From NCBI GenBank assembly GCA_018711085.1, contig DVIR01000060.1, forward strand, positions 7 to 64,006: a stretch of 64,000 bases of DNA, in the 5' to 3' direction. How positions within the stretch are numbered: the stretch's first letter is position 1; each line of letters starts with the position of its first letter. The DNA comes from Candidatus Faeciplasma gallinarum (GTDB lineage: Bacteria; Bacillota; Clostridia; Oscillospirales; Ruminococcaceae). A program made the position numbers and the translations under genes. This document shows positions 8,660 to 18,390 of the stretch, piece by piece. Under the pieces are notes generated by a model. That model searched no databases. It was not told the origin of the DNA and worked only from the letters and a program-made list of their open reading frames with translations.

Positions 8660-8949
8660 GCTTAAAACCTTCCTTTCCCAAGCGCTTAATCCGCTTGTAT
8701 TGCTATTCTAATTATATTAGATACGATAGCTGTATTCAATAGATTCCCCTTTCGGATTGCTAAATTTAATAATATATTAATCATATTGAACAGGCGCGCG
8801 CCAAAAACACCGATTGTTTCTCCATTTGCTATATCAATTTCCAAAAACATATATTCAGCGCTCGTTAGCATTCAAATAAACACCTTAACTCACTATAGAT
8901 AATACATTTATGAGGCACACTTTATTGCACTCCGAAAGATAAATTTCAC

Positions 8950-8984
8950 AAAAATTTTTCCGCCGAATTTTTCGTCCGGCGGAA
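8950..8984 (-). terminator. Probable intrinsic terminator after the MFS transporter gene
   Basis: 8-bp stem TTCCGCCG/CGGCGGAA lying 22 nt past the stop, followed on the minus strand by AAATTTTTG. Confidence 0.5.
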
Positions 8985-9005
8985 GTGATTTTCCCTTGTT
9001 TTTCG

Positions 9006-10304
9006 TCAATCGTCTACATCAAAATTCTCCAGCACGGATTTTTTAGGCTGCGGCTTTGAGTCTCCGTGTCTGACGAATATCATCGTCACAAAGGACAGCA
9101 GCGAAAATGCCACTGCGTACGGGAAAAGCGCTCCGTATCCCATGCCGAGCATGTTTTCATCTATTATTATTCCGGAAAGCAGCGGGGTGAAAATCTGCGC
9201 CGCCATTGTGAATGCGTAGTAAAGTCCGGTGTAGCGTCCGACGTCGGCGCTTGAGCACATCTGCACGACCATCGGGAACGAGTTTACGTTTATGGCCGCC
9301 CATCCTACGCCGACTATTGCAAACAGGACAAACAAAAGGGGCGTTTCATGGTTGATAAATATCATCCATGCATAGCACGCGGTCATAAGGATTATGCCGC
9401 CCATCACGGTCTTTTTTCTGCCAAGCTTCTCGGAAACAAATCCAAACGGAATAAAGGAGGCTATAGCTGCAACGGTTGCAACGGTGAGGTATATCGAGGA
9501 GCCTCCCGCATCAACCATAAACCGGCTTTCAAAGTACCTTGAGAAGGATGTGGTGACGCCGTTATATGCGCAGTACCACAGAAACGCGGACAAAAGTATG
9601 AACACAAGGCTTTTCATGACCGGCTTTTCAAGCTTGCGTTTTGTGCCCTCCGGCTTATCTTCATCAGCCGCCACATCGGCTTGCGCGACCGCCTTGTTTT
9701 CGTTTACCGTAAAGACCATCACCAAAACGCATACAAGCATAAACGCCGCAACAGTCAAAAACACCGGCACAAAGCTGTCATACTCCACCGTTCCGTCGTC
9801 AAGCGTAGTGCTCGTGACCAAAAACATCATAACAACGGTTGAGAATATGCCGCCTATATATCCCACGAGGTTGATAATTGCGTTTCCCTTTGAGCGAAGG
9901 GGTTTCGGGGTGACATCGGGCATGTACGCAACCGCAGGCGAGCGGTACACGCTCATGGTTATAAGCAGCAGCATCAGACAGATTATAAAGCCGATGAAGT
10001 TTTCGCCCTCCGTCAAAAGCGCCGGAACTGCCATAAGTATCACAGCAGCTATAGTTCCGAACAAAATAAACGGAGTTCTCTTGCCCATAGGTGTGTGCAC
10101 CTTATCGGAAAGGACGCCGAACACAGGCAGCAAGAACACCGCAAGAATGTTGTCCACCGACATTATCATGTTTGTCGCTATGGTTGAGACGTCGAAATGG
10201 TTTTCTAAAATTACAGGCACCACCTGGTCGTAAAGCTGCCAAAAAGCCAATATTGACGCAAACGCAAGGCCTATAAGCACCGTTTGCTTTGTTTTGAGCT
10301 TCAT
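9006..10304 (-). CDS. MFS transporter, glycoside-pentoside-hexuronide (GPH)-like
   Basis: About 12 predicted TM helices. GVLSDKVHTPMGKRTPFI loop typical of GPH/MelB-like carriers. Start set at the ATG at 10304, behind a GGAGGA Shine-Dalgarno. Confidence 0.75.
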   Translation of the reverse strand: MKLKTKQTVLIGLAFASILAFWQLYDQVVPVILENHFDVSTIATNMIMSVDNILAVFLLPVFGVLSDKVHTPMGKRTPFILFGTIAAVILMAVPALLTEGENFIGFIICLMLLLITMSVYRSPAVAYMPDVTPKPLRSKGNAIINLVGYIGGIFSTVVMMFLVTSTTLDDGTVEYDSFVPVFLTVAAFMLVCVLVMVFTVNENKAVAQADVAADEDKPEGTKRKLEKPVMKSLVFILLSAFLWYCAYNGVTTSFSRYFESRFMVDAGGSSIYLTVATVAAIASFIPFGFVSEKLGRKKTVMGGIILMTACYAWMIFINHETPLLFVLFAIVGVGWAAINVNSFPMVVQMCSSADVGRYTGLYYAFTMAAQIFTPLLSGIIIDENMLGMGYGALFPYAVAFSLLSFVTMIFVRHGDSKPQPKKSVLENFDVDD

Positions 10305-10425
10305 ACTTCGTATCCTCCCCATGACTTGCATCTATAAATAAGACCATACACTTTATGTTACCATCAGAAAGCGCCGTTTGTCAACGATTTACCGCCTCAC
10401 GCTAAAAATTTAACGCAAGCTTTAC

Positions 10426-10463
10426 CGAAAAAAGCAGCCCACGGTCAAAGCCGAGGGCTGCTT
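10426..10463 (-). terminator. Intrinsic terminator after the GH30-like gene
   Basis: Minus-strand hairpin AAGCAGCCC...GGGCTGCTT followed by TTTTTCGG. Confidence 0.7.
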
Positions 10464-10483
10464 GAGGTTTCATATGCGTTTAG

Positions 10484-12148
10484 TTAAGACTGTTCCGCGC
10501 TTGCGTCCGTGCCTTGATCGCTGCCCGAATCGCCCTGTGAGGCGACTGCCTTCTTTTTCTTCTTAGAAGCGGACACTGCGATGATAACTACAACCAGAAC
10601 TACAACCACTACTGCAGCGGCTGCGATTATGATAATTGTAGTTGTGTCAGGTCCTTCGGAAGGAGTCTTTACAAAGGGATTTACCTTTTCCTCAACAACG
10701 GGAGCAACGTAATCGGGGTCTGCGGGCATGTCGATGACATATGTTGTGACGCTCTGAGCGGGAAGCTCTACTCCGTCCTCCGAATACTCGGCGTCAAGCC
10801 AGTATTCATACTTGAACCTGTTCTCGTTGCCTATGGTTCTGTGTCCGAGCGTAGAGGTAATCTCAACATCGCCAAGGTCAAAGACGAGGTTGTCAGCCTC
10901 CTGAGTGTTGTTTACGGCAACTATTACAAGCCTTGAAGAGTCGGGCGCCTTGAACGCAACTACCGTGGAATTGGAGTCGTTTTGAACGTCAACTCTTTGA
11001 TAGCCGTTCTTGACGTACTTGGAGAAGTGCATCATGACATAGTGGTTGCCGTTTCTCTGTATGCTTGCGTCTGCATCGGCGCCGCCTATTTCAATCAGGC
11101 AGTTTCCTACGTCCATCGTCCATACGCCGTTCCAGTACAGATATGCATTTACGTTCTCGTAGATAAACTCGTTAGCCATCTTTTCGGCATGGTTTATGTA
11201 CTCGTTTAAGTACCACTCGGTCTGCCACAGCTTGTAATCGTCGGAGAACATCTCTCCAACCTCGGCGTAGCTCTGAGGAGTGTTCGCGCTGCCGTAAAGG
11301 TGGTGAGCGATAGTGTCGAAGCTATCGGGGTCAGCCTCTATAAGCGGATCGAGGTATTCCTTCATTATGCTTGCGGTGTCAGCCATAACCTCTGCGCCTG
11401 TGATCTTGGGAGCAAACTCTCCGAACGCCTCCTGGAATGCCTCATAAACCGCGAGGTGAGCCTTCCAGTATGCGCAGTGGTACTCGTTCTCATCGGGACC
11501 GAAGTAGAATCCCGCTTCAGCTCTTGCATTGCCCTGCTCGTCGATGTGCAATCCCTGAAGCTCGGTCTCGTTTGAAATCGAGAAGTAATCGACGGGTATT
11601 CCGGCGTCAAAGAAGAGCTGAATCGACTCCACGCAGAAGTCTGCAAGCTCATCATACATGTACTCGCCGTTTTCGTCCTTTGCAAGGGTGTAGTATGTAT
11701 GACCCTCGTCGTCAAGCTCGGTAAAAGCCACGAAATCCAAATCTCTGTCATACTGACCCCAGCTTGTTACCAATACTATGGGGTCTATTCCCCTTTCCAC
11801 AGCAGCCTGATAGTATCCGCTATATGCGGGATAGCCCAAGAGCGCCTGCCCGTATTCCTCGCCGACATGGTTGAGGTCTCTGAATCTCAAAATGTTAAAC
11901 TCTGCATCGTTAAAAATCCAGTCATAGCCCTGCTCGGCATTTACGTTTGTGGTGAGCCAGTCGCTGTACCATGTGTAAGATGCGCCGAATCCGTCTATTG
12001 TCTGATAGGTAGTGTCCATGTCGATTGTAACATTGGCGTCCTCGGCAAACGCGAAGCAGCTCATGCACGAAACGGACAAAGCGACAGCCAAAACCGCCGC
12101 AAGCACCCTGGACATATGTTTCAAGTAAATCACCTTTCCTTTTTTCAT
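10484..12148 (-). CDS. Glycoside hydrolase, GH30-like (COG5520), secreted and C-terminally TM-anchored
   Basis: Signal peptide. IDGFGASYTW N-terminal motif. Candidate catalytic Glu residues in SNETE and WQTEWY. A beta-sandwich-like C-terminal part. TM helix, then KKKKK and an acidic tail. The start codon is uncertain (12148 or a downstream TTG/ATG). Confidence 0.6.
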   Translation of the reverse strand: MKKGKVIYLKHMSRVLAAVLAVALSVSCMSCFAFAEDANVTIDMDTTYQTIDGFGASYTWYSDWLTTNVNAEQGYDWIFNDAEFNILRFRDLNHVGEEYGQALLGYPAYSGYYQAAVERGIDPIVLVTSWGQYDRDLDFVAFTELDDEGHTYYTLAKDENGEYMYDELADFCVESIQLFFDAGIPVDYFSISNETELQGLHIDEQGNARAEAGFYFGPDENEYHCAYWKAHLAVYEAFQEAFGEFAPKITGAEVMADTASIMKEYLDPLIEADPDSFDTIAHHLYGSANTPQSYAEVGEMFSDDYKLWQTEWYLNEYINHAEKMANEFIYENVNAYLYWNGVWTMDVGNCLIEIGGADADASIQRNGNHYVMMHFSKYVKNGYQRVDVQNDSNSTVVAFKAPDSSRLVIVAVNNTQEADNLVFDLGDVEITSTLGHRTIGNENRFKYEYWLDAEYSEDGVELPAQSVTTYVIDMPADPDYVAPVVEEKVNPFVKTPSEGPDTTTIIIIAAAAVVVVVLVVVIIAVSASKKKKKAVASQGDSGSDQGTDASAEQS

Positions 12149-12456
12149 TTACCGTGCCTGCCGCAAGTGCTTTTGTGCGGCACGGCAAACAAAATTTAAT
12201 CTGCGGTCACATAGCCTAAAGCCCATATAGACCGGCTAAATATGCCCGCAAACGTCCGATGCTATTATTTTAACTCTGTATTCAATCTCTGTCAACCGCA
12301 TATGTTAAGCTAATGATTGATAATTTATAATATTTGATTTACAAAAGCTGATTGCATGGGTTTGTGCTCAGCAAATTGCCTAAAATCTGAGCTGAAATCT
12401 TGGCTCAAATAATTTATATCGTCAATATAAACGCCGTGCATGCAGGGGCTTTTGAC

Positions 12457-12495
12457 GCAAAAAACCGGCTTCACATATTAGCATGCAAAGCCGGT
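12457..12495 (-). terminator. Intrinsic terminator after ftsH
   Basis: Minus-strand hairpin ACCGGCTT...AAGCCGGT followed by TTTTTTGC. Confidence 0.75.
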
Positions 12496-12511
12496 CGTTT
12501 TTAAGTTTTAT

Positions 12512-14656
12512 TTAGTTTTTATCCGCGCTGTTGCCGTCGTCTGACGGGTCTGCATCACCGGAATCCGGCTCGCTTACGGCGTTTAGCTCATCATTCGCGG
12601 CTTGGGCATCGCTGACCGTGTCGGCATTGGGAGCAGGCGTTTCCTCCGCACTGTCGGCAGCGCCGGAGCCGTCGGGAACATTGGCGCCGTCGGGCTGTGC
12701 CTCGGCAGCCTTGCTTGCCTCAAGCGCTTCACGCTCTTTTTTAGCCTGTTCTTCTCTTTGCTTGCGCTCTCTTTCGGCTTCTTCCTTAGCGCGTTCCTCC
12801 GCCTCGACATCCTCGCCGTTCATAAGCCTTACAAACTGGTCGCCGTTTATCTTCTCGTGATTTATGAGGAAGTTTGCAATCACGTGGAGCTGATCCTCGT
12901 GGGATGAAAGCAGCTCTATGGCCTTGTCGTAAGCGTTGTGTATGATAAAGCGAAGTTCGCTGTCTATCTCGCCGGCTATTACCTCGGAGTAAGACTTATT
13001 GGAGTTGTAGTCTCTGCCTAAGAACACCTCGTCATCGTCTCTGCCGTAGACAATCGGGCCGAGCTTATCGCTGAAGCCGTACTTTGTGACCATACTTCTT
13101 GCGATATTTGTAGCGCGCTCGAGGTCGTTAGACGCTCCGGTTGATATGTCGTCAAGCACAACCTTTTCAGCCGCGCGTCCGCCTAAGAGAGCGATTATCT
13201 CCTCATTCATCTCAGTCTTAGTAACGTATGACTTGTCGTGCTCCGGAAGAGCCATTGTATATCCGCCCGCCTGACCTCTGGGTATGATCGAAACCTCATA
13301 CACCTTATCCTGCGTGGGCAGGTAATAGTGGCAGATTGCGTGGCCCGCCTCGTGATATGCGGTGAGTCTCTTTTCCTTGTCGGTTATAACCCTCGACTTC
13401 TTTTCGGGTCCGGCTATAACCTTTATCGACGCCTCGCTCATATCCTGTGCGGATATGGCCTTTCTGCCGTTCTTTACAGCGAGCAGTGCAGCCTCGTTCA
13501 CAAGGTTTGCAAGGTCTGCTCCGGTGAATCCCGCCGTTGCAGATGCGACTTTCTTCAGGTCTACATCCGGCGCAAGCGGCTTGCTCTTAGAGTGAACCTT
13601 GAGTATTTCCTCTCTGCCCTTTATGTCGGGGTAGTTTACATATATCTGTCTGTCAAAGCGTCCCGGTCTCAAAAGCGCGGGGTCAAGGACGTCTCTGCGG
13701 TTTGTCGCAGCCATGACAATTACGCTGTTGTTTACTTCAAATCCGTCCATCTCAACGAGGAGCTGGTTAAGTGTCTGCTCACGTTCATCGTGTCCGCCGC
13801 CGAGGCCTGCGCCTCTGCGTCTTCCGACGGCGTCTATCTCATCTATGAATATGATAGACGGAGCGGCTTTTTTCGCCTGGTCAAAGAGGTCTCTTACTCT
13901 TGCCGCGCCGACACCGACGTAAAGTTCCAAAAAGTCTGAACCTGATATCGAGAAGAAAGGCACTCCCGCCTCGCCGGACACTGCCTTAGCCAAAAGCGTT
14001 TTACCTGTACCCGGAGGGCCTACAAGCAGCACGCCCTTGGGGATCTTAGCGCCGATATCGTGATATTTCTTGGGGTTTTTGAGCAGGTCAACTATTTCCT
14101 GAAGCTCTGCTTTTTCCTCGTCCGCACCCGCCACGTCGTCAAACGTGACTTTGTTTTTGTTGTCGGACTCAAGCTTTACGTTTGCCTTGCCGACTGAGTT
14201 TATCTTGCCCGCCGACGATATGCTCCTTGACATCGACACAACGACAAATATCATCACACCTATCATCAAAAGCGTAGGTATGAGATTGAGCCAGAAGGAG
14301 CTGTTTGTCGCAGGTATGAGGTTATATCTGAGCGGAGTGCTGTGAGTTGCGTTGTATTCGGTGCGGTAGTTTGTCTCCGCGCCCTCCGGAAACAGCTCAT
14401 AATAGAACGTGGAAACGCTCGGGACTTTGTAGCTGTATTCCTGATCCTGTCCGTCGAGCTTGTATGTCAGCTCTCCCGAACCCAGGTTAAGAGAAAACTC
14501 GCTGACCCTGTAGTCGTCAAAATATTGAATAATATCGGAATAGGTCGTCGTATCCTGAGAGGACATAAGACTTCTGAATACGACTATCATAAACAAAAGT
14601 ATCGCTGCCAAAATAGCAAAGTAGATCAGCAGTCCTTTAGATTTTTCAAGTTTCAA
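12512..14656 (-). CDS. ftsH: ATP-dependent zinc metalloprotease FtsH
   Basis: Two N-terminal TM helices. AAA+ Walker A GPPGTGKT and Walker [15 protein letters not shown] zinc site. TTG start behind AAAGGGG. About 100-aa charged C-terminal tail. Confidence 0.95.
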   Translation of the reverse strand: MKLEKSKGLLIYFAILAAILLFMIVVFRSLMSSQDTTTYSDIIQYFDDYRVSEFSLNLGSGELTYKLDGQDQEYSYKVPSVSTFYYELFPEGAETNYRTEYNATHSTPLRYNLIPATNSSFWLNLIPTLLMIGVMIFVVVSMSRSISSAGKINSVGKANVKLESDNKNKVTFDDVAGADEEKAELQEIVDLLKNPKKYHDIGAKIPKGVLLVGPPGTGKTLLAKAVSGEAGVPFFSISGSDFLELYVGVGAARVRDLFDQAKKAAPSIIFIDEIDAVGRRRGAGLGGGHDEREQTLNQLLVEMDGFEVNNSVIVMAATNRRDVLDPALLRPGRFDRQIYVNYPDIKGREEILKVHSKSKPLAPDVDLKKVASATAGFTGADLANLVNEAALLAVKNGRKAISAQDMSEASIKVIAGPEKKSRVITDKEKRLTAYHEAGHAICHYYLPTQDKVYEVSIIPRGQAGGYTMALPEHDKSYVTKTEMNEEIIALLGGRAAEKVVLDDISTGASNDLERATNIARSMVTKYGFSDKLGPIVYGRDDDEVFLGRDYNSNKSYSEVIAGEIDSELRFIIHNAYDKAIELLSSHEDQLHVIANFLINHEKINGDQFVRLMNGEDVEAEERAKEEAERERKQREEQAKKEREALEASKAAEAQPDGANVPDGSGAADSAEETPAPNADTVSDAQAANDELNAVSEPDSGDADPSDDGNSADKN

Positions 14657-14687
14657 TGATATACCCCTTTTCGTTGAGTGAATCGGC

Positions 14688-15212
14688 TTACAGAATTACT
14701 TCTGCGATATAGTCAAGGTTTCTGTAATACTCATCATAGTCAAGACCGTATCCGACAACAAATTTGTCATCAATGGTGAAGCATTTGTAATCAGCCGTTA
14801 TATCTATAGCTCTTCGGGAAGGCTTATCCATAAACGCAGCGATTTTTACGTCGGCAGCTCCCCTTGCAAGCATAGTTTCCTTTAGTACGCTCAGTGTCCT
14901 GCCGGTGTCGAGTATGTCCTCTACAAGCAAGACGTTCTTTTTATCTACATCAAGCTCTGTGTCCATCTTCACGTTCACAGCGCCCACGGAGACGGTTCCT
15001 TTATAGCTCTTAGCGCTGATGAAATCCAGCGTTATCGGCAAATCTATCTTTCTGACAAGATCGGACATAAACACGAACGAGCCTTTTAACACGCCTATTA
15101 CCGCAAGCTGCTTTCCGGCATAATCGGCAGTCAGGGTTTTGCCCAGCTCTGCGACCGCCTTGGCTATCTTCTCGGCTGAAATCATCTGTACAAGCTTATG
15201 CCGGTGTTCCAT
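14688..15212 (-). CDS. hpt: Hypoxanthine phosphoribosyltransferase
   Basis: 174 aa with PRPP-binding motif [14 protein letters not shown]. Conserved tilS-hpt-ftsH context. Confidence 0.9.
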   Translation of the reverse strand: MEHRHKLVQMISAEKIAKAVAELGKTLTADYAGKQLAVIGVLKGSFVFMSDLVRKIDLPITLDFISAKSYKGTVSVGAVNVKMDTELDVDKKNVLLVEDILDTGRTLSVLKETMLARGAADVKIAAFMDKPSRRAIDITADYKCFTIDDKFVVGYGLDYDEYYRNLDYIAEVIL

Positions 15213-15224
15213 GTAATCGTCCTT

Positions 15225-16532
15225 TCATTTTATGTCCGGTCTTATAGCGGAAACTGTCGATTCGCCGCATGCTGCCCTCTCATCAACTCCGAAGCCCTGA
15301 ACATAAAGCGCTCCGTGCTCGTCCGCCATAACTATCACGTCTTTTCTGCGGCTCGGCGGGGTGCTTGCCAAAAGTTTTTTAACCGTTTGGCTGAATCCCT
15401 TGCCCAATAGTCTTATCTTTTCGTTTCCGCAGTAACTCCTGACAAACACGTCGCCCGAAAGTTTATCGGGATCGATTAGATATTTTAATTCGCGTTTGTT
15501 ATAATCGGATATGTGAAATTGTGAAATCCTTGTGAACTCAATCTCATGGCAATTTGTGAAAACAGGCGCCGTGAGGTCGGTTTTTATGCAAAAATCACGC
15601 GCTTTGCTGCCTTCGCTGCGGTTTTCAAAGCTTATTTTGCCCTCGTTGCACACGACATAAACGTCCTTCTTGATATTTATCACTCCGCCGCATGCCGCAA
15701 GTTTTTTTATCGCATCCACCCGCTCAAATGAAGGCTCTATTTTTTCGCGCCGGAGGATTTTAAGAATCATCTCGTTTAACACAGCCTCGTCGCCGCATAC
15801 ATCAAGCGCATACGCGCTGCCGTCAAACGCCTTGTCGAGCATTTTCTCTGCGGCGTCGGACAGATACTCATCCGCACACAAAAGTATGTGCATGGTTCTC
15901 TTATAGTTTTTAAGCAGTGACGGGTTTATTCTTTCAAGCTCCGGCATCACGTTTAATCGTATTATATTTCTTGAGCAGTTGTCCTCAAGGTTTGTAGAGT
16001 CGGTCACGTAGTCCTGATTTCTCTCGGACAAAAACTGCTCTATTTCGCTCCTTGTGACCTCGATCAGCGGTCTTACGATGTCGTCTCTCATGGCGGGAAT
16101 GCCGGCAAGTCCCGAGAGCCCGCTTCCTCTGATGAGGTTGAATAAAGTCGTCTCAAAGCAGTCGTTTAAATTATGCGCAGTACAAAGCTTGCAGCCGTCA
16201 AGATGGCTCCTCAGCGCCTCATACCTCAGCGCTCTTGCGCCTTCTTCGAGCGAAGTCCTGTTTTTTTCGCAATAGCCCTTCACATCAACGCTGTCCGTAA
16301 AAAGCTTCACGCCGAGCTTTCGGCACAAATCCACGCAAAACCGCTCGTCGCGGTCGCTCTGCTCTCCTCTGAGGTTGTGATTTACGTGAGCTGCGAAAAC
16401 GTCATAGCCAAGCTCTTTCATCGCATAAAGAAGGGACACGCTGTCCGCTCCTCCCGACAGAGCCACGCACACTCTTTCCCCGTCTGCGAGCATTTTATAC
16501 CTTTTTATCGTTTCGGCTACTTTATCTAACAT
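15225..16532 (-). CDS. tilS: tRNA(Ile)-lysidine synthetase
   Basis: PP-loop SGGADS near the N-terminus. 435 aa. Synteny with hpt and ftsH. Confidence 0.85.
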   Translation of the reverse strand: MLDKVAETIKRYKMLADGERVCVALSGGADSVSLLYAMKELGYDVFAAHVNHNLRGEQSDRDERFCVDLCRKLGVKLFTDSVDVKGYCEKNRTSLEEGARALRYEALRSHLDGCKLCTAHNLNDCFETTLFNLIRGSGLSGLAGIPAMRDDIVRPLIEVTRSEIEQFLSERNQDYVTDSTNLEDNCSRNIIRLNVMPELERINPSLLKNYKRTMHILLCADEYLSDAAEKMLDKAFDGSAYALDVCGDEAVLNEMILKILRREKIEPSFERVDAIKKLAACGGVINIKKDVYVVCNEGKISFENRSEGSKARDFCIKTDLTAPVFTNCHEIEFTRISQFHISDYNKRELKYLIDPDKLSGDVFVRSYCGNEKIRLLGKGFSQTVKKLLASTPPSRRKDVIVMADEHGALYVQGFGVDERAACGESTVSAIRPDIK

Positions 16533-16533
16533 A

Positions 16534-17892
16534 CTACTGCTGCGCCCTTGTGTCTATATTTCTGAACAACGTATACTCTCCCAAAAACGCCATGTTCACC
16601 GTTCCGGTGCTTCCGTGACGGTTTTTGCCTATTATACATTCGGCGGCGGATTTATTGGGATCTTCCTTGTTGTAAGCGCTCTCCCTGTATATGAACAAAA
16701 TTATGTCTGCGTCCTGTTCGATAGATCCGGACTCTCTCAAATCTGATGGCATAGGTCTGTGATCCTGCCTCGACTCAACGGAACGGTTGAGCTGTGATGC
16801 GAGTATCACCGGAACATTAAGCTCCTTTGCCATAAGCTTTATCTGCCTTGTTATTTCAGATACCTCGTTTACACGGCTTGTGTGGTTTGTTGCGGACTCC
16901 ATGAGCTGCAGGTAATCTATTATCACAAGCCCTAAGTTGCGCATGCGGCGCAGCTTGGCTTTCATTTGCGGCACCGTTATTCCGGCGGTGTCGTCTATGT
17001 AGATGTTTACCTGAGAAAGGGTGTCTGCCGCCTGTGCAAGCTGCACCCACTCGTCGCTTGAAATCATGCCGGAAGTCAGCGATGTATTGGGAACAAGCGC
17101 CTCTGAGCTTAACATTCTTGTGGCTATCTGTTCCTTGCTCATTTCCAGGGAAAAGATGCACACATCCTTGTCGGGGTTTCGCTTTGCGACGTTTGAGGCT
17201 ATATTAAACGCAAAAGCCGACTTGCCCATTCCGGGTCGTCCCGCCACGATGATCAAATCCGACTTGTTGAGTCCCGATATGTAGGAGTCCAAAAGGCTGT
17301 ATCCGGAGCGCAAGCCCTGATACTCGTCCTTGTCCTCTCCGGACAGCTTTTGTATCCTGTCGTATGCGCTAACTATCACTTCGCTCAGCCTCGTCAGACC
17401 GTCAACCTCTTTGCCCTGGCGGATTTCATATATCTTCTGCTCCGCAAGGTCAAGCAGGGTTTTAGGGCCCTCCGAGCCGTCCGCAGAGGCGTCAAGTATA
17501 TCCCTTGCGGCGCTCATCAGCGAGCGGGTGAGATACTTGTCCTCTACTATTTTGCAATAGGACGCTATGTTTGATGTCGAAGGCACGCCGTCCATTATTC
17601 CCTTCAGGTACGCCTTCGCCATTTCCGTCGTCTCAAACACTCCCGCCGCAACCGTCTCGTTCATGACGGTTATTATGTCGGCGTTCTTACCGTTTGAAAA
17701 CATCCGAAGTATTATTGAATATATCTGCCTGTGCTGTTCACGGTAAAAGCACTCCGGCTTGAGCATGGATATTACAGTGGGCAGCGTGTCCGGATTGAGC
17801 AAGAGCGTGCCCAAAACCGTCTGCTCCGCTTCAAGGCTGTAAGGCAGCTCCCTGCCGGTCAGGTCTGCTACGCTGAGGCTGTTTACCGGCAT
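16534..17892 (-). CDS. dnaB: Replicative DNA helicase (DnaB family)
   Basis: 452 aa. N-terminal LPYSLEAEQTVLG motif and Walker A GRPGMGKS. Sits downstream of rplI as in other Firmicutes. Confidence 0.95.
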   Translation of the reverse strand: MPVNSLSVADLTGRELPYSLEAEQTVLGTLLLNPDTLPTVISMLKPECFYREQHRQIYSIILRMFSNGKNADIITVMNETVAAGVFETTEMAKAYLKGIMDGVPSTSNIASYCKIVEDKYLTRSLMSAARDILDASADGSEGPKTLLDLAEQKIYEIRQGKEVDGLTRLSEVIVSAYDRIQKLSGEDKDEYQGLRSGYSLLDSYISGLNKSDLIIVAGRPGMGKSAFAFNIASNVAKRNPDKDVCIFSLEMSKEQIATRMLSSEALVPNTSLTSGMISSDEWVQLAQAADTLSQVNIYIDDTAGITVPQMKAKLRRMRNLGLVIIDYLQLMESATNHTSRVNEVSEITRQIKLMAKELNVPVILASQLNRSVESRQDHRPMPSDLRESGSIEQDADIILFIYRESAYNKEDPNKSAAECIIGKNRHGSTGTVNMAFLGEYTLFRNIDTRAQQ

Positions 17893-17926
17893 CCCGATCC
17901 CTCCTTAGCGGATATAGGTGTCATTT

Positions 17927-18376
17927 TCAGTCCTCCGGCTCAACCTTCACAGTCATCTTGCAGCTGACGCCCTGCGTCATCTTTATTTCAATGCCGTAAT
18001 CGCCGTACGCCTTTATGTCTGAGGATAGCGCTATCTTTTTCTTGTCTATATCAAAGCCGAAGTTTGATTTTATCAGGTCGCTGATCGTAGCGGATGTGAC
18101 CGAGCCGAAAAGCTTTCCGCCCTGTCCCGCCTTAGCCTTTATGACGATCTGCTTTCCCTCAAGCTTCGAGGCAAGCTCCACAGCCTCCGCCTTTGCGACG
18201 TCGAGCCTGTGCTGCTCCGCTTCCTTTTTTCCTCTGAGGTCGTTTACGTTCTTTGCCGTGGCTTCTATTGCGTATCCCTTTGCAAGCAAAAAGTTGCGCG
18301 CGTAGCCGTCTGCTACGTCCAATATGGTTCCCGCTTTGCCGGAACCCTTTACGTCTTTTATGAGTATTACCTTCAC
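17927..18376 (-). CDS. rplI: 50S ribosomal protein L9
   Basis: 149 aa starting [14 protein letters not shown] start behind GGAGG. Confidence 0.95.
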   Translation of the reverse strand: MKVILIKDVKGSGKAGTILDVADGYARNFLLAKGYAIEATAKNVNDLRGKKEAEQHRLDVAKAEAVELASKLEGKQIVIKAKAGQGGKLFGSVTSATISDLIKSNFGFDIDKKKIALSSDIKAYGDYGIEIKMTQGVSCKMTVKVEPED

Positions 18377-18390
18377 AAATATGCCTCCTT

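Noticed and set aside
9394-10233. 279-aa plus-strand ORF antisense to the MFS transporter gene.
   Set aside because: It lies entirely inside a well-supported minus-strand CDS, has no Shine-Dalgarno, and its Ser/Thr/Ile-rich translation is what the reverse complement of a hydrophobic membrane gene produces. It is a shadow ORF.
12200-12450. AT-rich intergenic stretch upstream of the GH30-like gene with several loosely similar GCTCA/GAGCT-containing segments.
   Set aside because: The similarities are short and imperfect with no consistent period or spacing. The stretch is most simply a promoter or UTR region. I could not define a motif with confidence.
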